A stretch of DNA of 64,000 bases from a virus, in IMG/VR virus record IMGVR_UViG_3300021440_000014, positions 32,001 to 96,000 of that record, one strand, 5' to 3'. The notes beneath the pieces were generated by a model. The model did not search any database. It worked only from the letters and a program-made list of their open reading frames with translations, and was not told where the DNA came from. Of the stretch, positions 57,695 through 64,000 are shown in pieces; position 1 is the stretch's first letter, and each line of letters opens with the position of its first letter. A program made the translations under genes and the position numbers.

Positions 57695-57744
57695 AATCTG
57701 CTACATAAGAAACACCGTGGGTTCGATCCCCACCTTGCCTACCA
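57656..57744 (+). tRNA. tRNA-Leu(TAA)
   Basis: GGGCAAG/CTTGCCT acceptor, GCAGA-CTTAAAA-TCTGC, long variable region, GTTCGATCC, CCA. Confidence 0.9.
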
Positions 57745-57753
57745 TTTTAATAT

Positions 57754-57872
57754 TTACCCGTGCTTATGCTAACCGAGAAGACTTTAGGGTCAACAAGTGT
57801 GAGAGAGCACAACTGAACACAAGTAGGTTCCTATCGAAAGGAAACGAGTAGAAGGACTCTCGCAGCGGGTAA
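57754..57872 (+). ncRNA. Unknown structured RNA
   Basis: Closing helix TTACCCG../..CGGGTAA enclosing three hairpins. Confidence 0.5.
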
Positions 57873-57883
57873 CTCAATTTAGT

Positions 57884-58004
57884 GGATACGTGGCGGAAAA
57901 TAGACGCAGCATAGTGTATAACTTGCACGGATAAGTAACCTATACTATGACAGAGGGAGAACGTGTATGAACCCTCATGCAAGTGTCAAACCTTGCCGTA
58001 TCCA
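57884..58004 (+). ncRNA. tRNA-like RNA with enlarged anticodon and variable arms
   Basis: GGATACG/CGTATCC acceptor, Leu/Ser-type D arm, GCAAG/CTTGC T stem. Confidence 0.6.
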
Positions 58005-58046
58005 TATTCTATTTGACATTTAGTAAAAATATCATATTCTTTAGAT

Positions 58047-58286
58047 ATGAAATACATAGCTTTTGAATGCAATGGGCAGGTGATGCCAATTCTGTTTGCA
58101 GATCATACGGATCATTCAATGATTGCCCGCTGTGTCAAATCAGAATATCCCGGCTATAAGGTTAAATCCGCTGGTTTTGCGGGGCGCAATGGATCTGTAT
58201 GGGGCGAATCAGTTTCGCTTAGAGTCAAGTCCGATGTCGAAGATGAATTTTACATAAAAAGAATTTTGGGCATTGACATTGATTAA
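58047..58286 (+). CDS. Hypothetical phage protein
   Basis: MKYI...PILF...H...SAGF...GESVSL pattern; own promoter. Confidence 0.75.
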   Translation: MKYIAFECNGQVMPILFADHTDHSMIARCVKSEYPGYKVKSAGFAGRNGSVWGESVSLRVKSDVEDEFYIKRILGIDID

Positions 58287-58311
58287 AAATAAGTTAAACT
58301 CTTTATCTAAC

Positions 58312-58387
58312 GCGCTTATAGCTCAATTGGTAGAGCACGACACTTTTAATGTTGTGGTTTCGGGTTCGAGTCCCGATGGGCGCACCA
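58312..58387 (+). tRNA. tRNA-Lys(TTT)
   Basis: GCGCTTA/TGGGCGC acceptor, CGACA-CTTTTAA-TGTTG, CCA. Confidence 0.92.
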
Positions 58388-58429
58388 ATTTAACATTGAC
58401 TAAAAATAAAAATAAGCTAGGATAGAACT

Positions 58430-58615
58430 ATGGAATTCACTGAAGCTCAAATCAGCAACTTCAAAGCTTACGAAAAAGTCCGTGCGAGCGGCAAATATAA
58501 TATGTTTGATCCTAGAGCTATACGAGCGTCTGGATTGCCTCAGAGCGAATACATTTTCGTTATGGATAATTATACTGCATTGGAAGCGGCGGCAGCAGAA
58601 CAAATAGCTAACTAA
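58430..58615 (+). CDS. DUF5049-like small protein
   Basis: VRASGKYNMFD...NY..L motif. Confidence 0.65.
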   Translation: MEFTEAQISNFKAYEKVRASGKYNMFDPRAIRASGLPQSEYIFVMDNYTALEAAAAEQIAN

Positions 58616-58617
58616 TT

Positions 58618-58794
58618 TACTCATAGGTATAATAACAAGCAGTCCCATGCGGGATGAATGACAACCGCCAATCGTCATGGCGACAAATCAGCGGCTCCAT
58701 TATGACGAAAGAATGGAGTAAAGCGGCTTATTGGTCGCGAAAAACACCTAGAGTATGCCGTGAGAGTAAGCCTGATAAGGGAAGAAATCACGGC
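58618..58794 (+). ncRNA. Unknown multi-stem structured RNA
   Basis: TACTCATAGGT/ACCTAGAGTA closing helix, three inner stems, then a GCCGTGA/TCACGGC hairpin. Confidence 0.55.
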
Positions 58795-58837
58795 TAAATT
58801 TTCTTTACTTCTAATAAAAATAACTTAACCTTAAATC

Positions 58838-59104
58838 ATGGCTGAATTATTCAAAGTCTTGTTTGGTCGCTCTAAAAAGAGAATGAAAACCATCATGGTT
58901 GATAAATATCAAAAATGCGAGAATTACGTTCTTGCCCGCAGTAATGTTTTGGGTTTTCATGAAATTGTTAAAGCAGAAAAAGGCGAAGAGACTTGGAGGC
59001 AAAAATCCGCCACTGTAGGCGGCAATCGTTGTGAATCTGTCGGGCGGGTAGGCAAAGGCGCAAGTGGTTATATCTCAAAAAACGGCTTTAATCCTCATAC
59101 TTAA
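58838..59104 (+). CDS. Hypothetical protein
   Basis: Own promoter. Confidence 0.65.
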   Translation: MAELFKVLFGRSKKRMKTIMVDKYQKCENYVLARSNVLGFHEIVKAEKGEETWRQKSATVGGNRCESVGRVGKGASGYISKNGFNPHT

Positions 59105-59106
59105 AA

Positions 59107-59261
59107 TGAAATTCGCTCTTTACTTTTTACTTGGAGCAGCTTTAGCTTTAATGGGTTTTCCAATCTTTCCAAAAGAGGGATTCAATATCGTAAATTTTCT
59201 AATACTAATTCTTTGTATGCTTATCCTTAAAATTATTCTCGGCGAGAAAAACGAAGAATAA
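59107..59261 (+). CDS. Small two-TM membrane protein (MKFALYFLLG...)
   Basis: Two hydrophobic stretches; start approximate. Confidence 0.5.
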
Positions 59262-59296
59262 TTTGACTAATCAAAAATAAATGGTATTGTATATCC

Positions 59297-59371
59297 AACG
59301 AGCGGTAAACAACCCGTAGACGTAAAATTCTAAGGGAACCTGCCCAAATAGCTTTAACGTCATAGTAAAGT
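59297..59371 (+). ncRNA. Repeated small RNA candidate, copy 4
   Basis: TTGACT-16-TATTGT promoter; GCGGTAAACAACCCGTAGACGTAAAATTCTAAGGGAACC..GCTTTAACG..TAAAGT. Confidence 0.6.
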
Positions 59372-59430
59372 AAATAATAAAGTTAAAAAAAGAATTGATT
59401 TTAGTAAAAAATAGATTACTCTTTCCTTAC

Positions 59431-59649
59431 ATGAAAATCAAAAAGATTACCACTGGTTTTGTTATTCAAACTTTCGACACTGATACTGGTAAGTATGTCA
59501 ATCAGGAATTTGTGGCGGGAGATCAAGTTGATTATGAAAATCAAAAGGGCGTAACCCTTGATCCTCTTATGATGGAAAATTTGAATTTCGGCCCCTATGC
59601 CGCAAACGAGCCTTATCTTTCCTTTGATATGGTTCAACCTAAAAACTAA
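59431..59649 (+). CDS. Hypothetical protein (MKIKKITTGFVIQ...)
   Basis: Start revised to the ATG after the promoter. Confidence 0.7.
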   Translation: MKIKKITTGFVIQTFDTDTGKYVNQEFVAGDQVDYENQKGVTLDPLMMENLNFGPYAANEPYLSFDMVQPKN

Positions 59650-59684
59650 TTGACTTTTAATAAAAATAATCCATAATAACTTAC

Positions 59685-59909
59685 ATGAACATAATCGTTA
59701 CTAAAATTCACAATAACTCACTTGGCAAAGTTGTTTCCGCAAGCTCTTTTGATGAAGCTAAAGACATTCTGCGCGGCTGGGCAGAGAAACAGTTCCAACG
59801 TCCGCTCACCGATGAGGAGATCGACGACTTGGAAGATGAAATGGAAATTTACGACGATACCGATTCAGATAATATCTATTCTTTTTCGGTAGGCATAGTG
59901 GAAGAATGA
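59685..59909 (+). CDS. Small acidic protein
   Basis: Own promoter; acidic C-terminal half. Confidence 0.7.
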   Translation: MNIIVTKIHNNSLGKVVSASSFDEAKDILRGWAEKQFQRPLTDEEIDDLEDEMEIYDDTDSDNIYSFSVGIVEE

Positions 59910-59975
59910 ATTGACAATTTCAAAAAATAGATTAGTATTTACCTGTAGCGAAAAACTAACTAAATAAAAAAAAAT

Positions 59976-60968
59976 ATGGCTCATAAAATCAACAAACGCG
60001 ACATTCAAACCGGACTCACTCAAGCGTGGCATGGCAAGACTAACCTTGTGGAAAAGATTACCCGCGAGAATAGCGGCATCGTTTATCCCATGAGCAAGCA
60101 ACCTCTCTTGCTTCCCAACAAGACAGAAACGGAACATTTTGCAATCGTTAGCGACGACGACGGTTTGCCAATTGGTAATCCTGTTAAAAAGGGTTACAAG
60201 CTCATTACTAATGAGCAGATGCTTGACATTATCGACAAAACCATTGCCGGAACAAGTCACCAAATTGTTTCCATCGGTTCCGTTAGTAATCGCGAGAAAG
60301 TTTTCGCCTCGATTAAGGTATCAGATGATTTCATCGCGGCGGGACGCAAGACAGAGAATACCCTAAACATTCTTTGGGGTCATGGCGGTGTGTTCAGCGT
60401 CATGGGTCGTTCTAGCTTTACTGTCGTCGTTTGCGCGAATACCTTTCAAATGGCTTTGGTTACGGGCGGAAAAGATTTTGCCTTTCGCATGAAGCATACC
60501 GGCAACGCTGTATTGAAACTGGATAACTTCTCAGAAGCTCTCGATTCACATTACGGCGTAGTTGCTGAATTCCGCGCAGCAATGGAAGAGTTTTCTAATA
60601 CTTCCATTTCTAAAGTTGATGCAAAACGCGCAATTGCAGGCTTTCTTGTCGAAGACGAAAAGCTTAATCAAATGCAGAAATTGCCTACTCGAACAACTAA
60701 CGTCATTGAGCGCGTCAATCAGTTGTTTACTGGTGGTCCCGGTAACAAGGGCGAAAATCTTGCTGACTTGTTCAATGGTTTTACTGATTACTATACCCAT
60801 GAAAGCTCTGGAATTGGTAGTGGCGGGAAAGATAACTGGAAACAGTTTGAATCATCGGAATTCGGAAGCGCGAATCGTAAGAAAATGGAAGTCTTCGATC
60901 TTCTCTCTGATTCCGATGCTTTTAATAAGACACTTGTGCGCGGCGACAAGGTTTTGCAGCTAATGTAA
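59976..60968 (+). CDS. DUF932-family phage/plasmid protein
   Basis: AWHG, YKLITNEQ, VVCANT, MKHT, LFNGFTDYYTH, FGS. Confidence 0.85.
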   Translation: MAHKINKRDIQTGLTQAWHGKTNLVEKITRENSGIVYPMSKQPLLLPNKTETEHFAIVSDDDGLPIGNPVKKGYKLITNEQMLDIIDKTIAGTSHQIVSIGSVSNREKVFASIKVSDDFIAAGRKTENTLNILWGHGGVFSVMGRSSFTVVVCANTFQMALVTGGKDFAFRMKHTGNAVLKLDNFSEALDSHYGVVAEFRAAMEEFSNTSISKVDAKRAIAGFLVEDEKLNQMQKLPTRTTNVIERVNQLFTGGPGNKGENLADLFNGFTDYYTHESSGIGSGGKDNWKQFESSEFGSANRKKMEVFDLLSDSDAFNKTLVRGDKVLQLM

Positions 60969-61037
60969 AAACAAAATGGGGAAGTAACTAACCCATTTGA
61001 TTCTTTACTTTCTATAAAAATGAAATAGAATTTAGGT

Positions 61038-61352
61038 ATGCAAACGGAACCAGATATTCTTACAGAACATTACGGAGTATCTCAAGGGTATGATATACCT
61101 AGATTTAGATCGACATTAAATTCCTCATGCGTCAATTTTATTAAATGGCAGGAAAAGCGTTTAGACGCGAATTGCAGCAAAGTATGGTGGCAAAAAAATA
61201 GATTAGGCGAAACTTTTTTATTCGGCAAATTCAATTGCAAAGATAAAAGCTGGATACCTGTTACGCTTGCTTATTATTACCCGAATGTAGGTTTCGTCAC
61301 TCAAAGACGGGAAGTTATAGAATTTAGATTAGCCCATAACCCTTTTGATTAA
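61038..61352 (+). CDS. Hypothetical protein
   Basis: Own promoter. Confidence 0.6.
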   Translation: MQTEPDILTEHYGVSQGYDIPRFRSTLNSSCVNFIKWQEKRLDANCSKVWWQKNRLGETFLFGKFNCKDKSWIPVTLAYYYPNVGFVTQRREVIEFRLAHNPFD

Positions 61353-61556
61353 AAATATGTATTTCGGCCTAACACATTGGAAAGGTGACTTGTTCGATAT
61401 GTTCTTTTGCAGTGATATTTCCTTCCATACTTGGAATAAAGAAATCATTTCTGAACCCTTCATTGAGATTCCTTATTGGGAAATTGGACAATTGCTAGGA
61501 GGTAATTGACAAAACAGAAAAACCTGCTAAAGTATAAGGGTAGCAGATAGTTAAAT

Positions 61557-61635
61557 GCGCCATTAGCTCATCGTAGGTTAGAGCAGTCTCTTTATAAGGG
61601 TCAGGTGGATCGTTCAAGCCGATCATGGCGTACCA
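61557..61635 (+). tRNA. tRNA-Ile(TAT)
   Basis: GCGCCAT/ATGGCGT acceptor, loop TTTATAA (imperfect anticodon stem), GATCG-TTCAAGC-CGATC, CCA. Confidence 0.8.
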
Positions 61636-61715
61636 ATTTTGCCGGTAGATTATAGAAAAAAGGGGGTAGGTGTTTCATTCATTACCTATAGTTTACCGGC
61701 TTTCTTTTTTTTATT

Positions 61716-61928
61716 ATGCAAATTAAAAAAGTTCTAATTTTAAATAGATGGGATTTCGATTTTGAGAAAAAGGAATTTAAAAATCTTTCCGTTGGCTTAC
61801 TTAATGCTGTGGATAGAGTCGAATATGATAACGGCGATACGCATATTCTACTTGACTATAAAATAAACGTATTTTCTACTCAGGAAAAATTTAATGCAAA
61901 AATGAAAGAATTGCGTTTAATGAATTGA
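61716..61928 (+). CDS. Hypothetical protein
   Basis: 70-aa ORF. Confidence 0.55.
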   Translation: MQIKKVLILNRWDFDFEKKEFKNLSVGLLNAVDRVEYDNGDTHILLDYKINVFSTQEKFNAKMKELRLMN

Positions 61929-61961
61929 CTTTTAATAAAAATAGAATAGGATTGTCTCGTA

Positions 61962-62624
61962 ATGAAATTCTCCTTCACTCTGGTTTCTCAAAACTCAAAA
62001 ACTGGTCCTATCCCTGTGACCGGAACAAGTAAGGACTCTTGCCCCGATGCTTGTCCGCTTAAGAATAACGGATGCTATGCCGCGAGCGGACGCTTGAACA
62101 TTCATTGGACTCGTTTAGAGAGCAAAGGATTAAACCTTGCCCAGCTTACGGAAAAGATTAAATCTATTCCTAGCGGTCGTTTGTGGCGACACAATCAGAT
62201 GGGCGACTTACCGGGAAAGAATGACAAGATCGACGGCAAAGCGGTAAACTCGATTGTTGAGGCTAACAAGGGGCGCAAGGGATTTACTTATACCCATTAC
62301 GATCCTTCTATCGGCAAGAATGCTTCAATCGTCAAATCCGCTAATCAAAATGGTTTTACGATTAACCTTTCCGCCGACAATCTAAGCGAGGCTGATACGT
62401 TCTCCGATATGGGAGTCGCGCCGGTCGTAACTATCTTGCCAAGCGATCAAAAGGGTAACACTGTTACACCTAAAGGGCGCAAGGTGGTAGTCTGTCCTAA
62501 CTATACTCATGGAGTGCAATGCATGGATTGTCAGCTTTGCCAGCGGGCAGATCGTAGCGTAATCGTCGGCTTCCCCGCTCATGGAATTTCGTTCAAAAGA
62601 GTAAATCAAATTGCAAAACAGTAA
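61962..62624 (+). CDS. Cys-rich putative Fe-S protein (Gp88-like/radical-SAM-like)
   Basis: NSKTG, CPDACP..GCYA, RHNQMGD, YTH, CP..CxxCxxC, FPAHG. Confidence 0.65.
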   Translation: MKFSFTLVSQNSKTGPIPVTGTSKDSCPDACPLKNNGCYAASGRLNIHWTRLESKGLNLAQLTEKIKSIPSGRLWRHNQMGDLPGKNDKIDGKAVNSIVEANKGRKGFTYTHYDPSIGKNASIVKSANQNGFTINLSADNLSEADTFSDMGVAPVVTILPSDQKGNTVTPKGRKVVVCPNYTHGVQCMDCQLCQRADRSVIVGFPAHGISFKRVNQIAKQ

Positions 62625-62709
62625 AATATGCCTATAATAGTAATCGCGCTAACAATCCTAATTGTCGTTATGATCGTAAGAATGATTAACCATAATCCAC
62701 ATAGCTAGA

Positions 62710-62955
62710 ATGAAACTGTTAAAACTAATTGAAGCGGCGACGCTTATCACCGCTAACGGAAAGGTCTGTAAGGCTACCGTTAGTCCCGAAATTGGAGATC
62801 CACAAAACCCTGTTCTAACTTTGAATTGGGGCAAAGGGAATGCTATTTTCCTAGAGGAGAATATCTCTAAGGCTTTGGACTATAAGGGCAGGCATCAAAT
62901 GCAATGTATGAAAGGTGACTGGTTTGAAATTGAAATTCACGCAAGATATATTTAA
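62710..62955 (+). CDS. Hypothetical protein
   Basis: 81-aa ORF. Confidence 0.6.
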   Translation: MKLLKLIEAATLITANGKVCKATVSPEIGDPQNPVLTLNWGKGNAIFLEENISKALDYKGRHQMQCMKGDWFEIEIHARYI

Positions 62956-62956
62956 A

Positions 62957-63262
62957 ATGAAAACAAAATACACTAAACAATACTTCTATGAATTCTTTTC
63001 TAAGCTTAAAAAGCAAGGTAAGCTTGGAACAGGTCAACTAATGAAAAACGATGGCAAAACACCTTGTTGTGCTTTAGGACACCTTGGAGTGAGATTTGAT
63101 AGATTCGCCGACTATAGATTTACTAATAAAGTTGTTAAAGAAAAAGTAATCGCACTAGGCCGGTTACTTGGAGTACCTAAAGATCAAAACGATATTGATG
63201 TTCATATTAATTGTATCATTGATGCGAATGACCATAATAAACTACTCAATAATCTTGAATAG
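62957..63262 (+). CDS. Hypothetical protein (CCALG...ND motif)
   Basis: Start revised to MKTKYTK; convergent terminator at ~63286-63312. Confidence 0.6.
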   Translation: MKTKYTKQYFYEFFSKLKKQGKLGTGQLMKNDGKTPCCALGHLGVRFDRFADYRFTNKVVKEKVIALGRLLGVPKDQNDIDVHINCIIDANDHNKLLNNLE

Positions 63263-63382
63263 CTTTATTTAGATACTATCAGTTAACCCGCCTTTATTTG
63301 GCGGGTTTTTTATTTGCATAGAAAAGAAAAAATGCCGCTTTTGGCGGCATTACTAAAACTAAGTAGGAATTACTATGGTAAA

Positions 63383-63664
63383 CTAATTCAAATCTCCTTT
63401 ATTAAAAAGGAATTTAGAATTATTTGGCCAAAGAACAGCCGTTCTAAGGCGACCAAGCATTTCATAATCCTTATTACAAAGCTTAACAACTTTTGAATAG
63501 TAGTGATGAGGGGCTTGCAAGATTTCAAGAACTTGGAAAATTCTGCCATCAAAATTCCCACTTTGTTCAACGATATCTCCCACTTTATAGTTGTGAGTAA
63601 TAGGTTTGGGCACTTTACTTGCAAATCTGCCATGACTATCTCTTAGGTAAGTTTTCTTTTCCAT
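63383..63664 (-). CDS. Hypothetical protein
   Basis: RDSHGRFAS and YKVGDIV motifs; promoter upstream. Confidence 0.65.
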   Translation of the reverse strand: MEKKTYLRDSHGRFASKVPKPITHNYKVGDIVEQSGNFDGRIFQVLEILQAPHHYYSKVVKLCNKDYEMLGRLRTAVLWPNNSKFLFNKGDLN

Positions 63665-63709
63665 ATTTATTTATTTATTTATTTTAATCTATATTTATTA
63701 TTTGTCAAT

Positions 63710-63988
63710 TTAAACGTTCGCAGCCTTACAAACTTCACGAATGTCTTCTATGGTAGTACTTTCAGCATCATTAAATCCTGCAACACTACAAAAGATATAT
63801 GGCACGTTTACTCTTTTTGATATTACCTTCCTTAATCGGTCAAATCCGCTTGCTCTTTCTCGTCCATTTACAATATAAATATCATGCATCGCGCCAACCA
63901 AGCATCTCTTTTCTCCTTTTCTCATTTGGCACTTCACCCATCTCTTCTTATTTGCGAAAAACTCTTGAAGACTTTTATATTTTCTCAT
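63710..63988 (-). CDS. DUF6197-like small protein
   Basis: W.K...RCLVGA...FNDA..TTIEDI pattern. Confidence 0.6.
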   Translation of the reverse strand: MRKYKSLQEFFANKKRWVKCQMRKGEKRCLVGAMHDIYIVNGRERASGFDRLRKVISKRVNVPYIFCSVAGFNDAESTTIEDIREVCKAANV

Positions 63989-64000
63989 AAATAGAATATT

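Noticed and set aside
56705-57982. Track ORFs 56705..56926, 57645..57851 and 57764..57982
   Set aside because: They overlap tRNA/ncRNA genes. Only the part from the ATG near 56795, after a promoter, may be coding.
58757-58794. Hammerhead/twister ribozyme in CTGATAAG...GAAA
   Set aside because: The required core stems could not be assembled by eye.
1-64000. Stop-codon reassignment, as in some large phages
   Set aside because: Long genes are intact in the standard code, all three stops are used, and no suppressor tRNA was seen.

Overview
A 64-kb segment of a large tailed dsDNA phage, probably siphovirus-like (no sheath gene is visible). The host is inferred to be a diderm bacterium. Nt 1-~43,500 is an AT-rich late module read almost entirely on the - strand. 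In transcription order it encodes a cupin, PhoH, a sigma-like factor, an ERCC4 nuclease, terminase, portal, a lipoprotein, protease/scaffold, decoration and major capsid proteins, a 1495-aa repeat protein, seven signal-peptide proteins, neck genes, tail-tube paralogs, chaperones and a tape-measure protein (TMP). The TMP is missing from the ORF track because it runs off the left edge. Late transcription units are marked by a GTGTAA hexamer. After a non-coding junction (~45.0-45.45 kb) comes an early region of many small genes, most with their own sigma70-type promoter and apparently leaderless mRNA. It includes ArdC, DUF932, ART-like, lysozyme-like, L7/L12-like and HNH genes, five tRNAs and several unexplained structured RNAs. 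Best candidates for new biology: (1) a TMP carrying a kinase-like domain and a zincin peptidase domain, each bracketed by an AxGxxPNY motif; (2) a duplicated cassette of Sec-exported adaptor/lectin/beta-helix proteins inside the virion module; (3) four dispersed, promoter-driven copies of a ~70-nt small RNA; (4) four TGCCA-N20-TGGCA palindromes made of back-to-back sigma54-like sites. All calls come from reading motifs by eye; no database searches were run.
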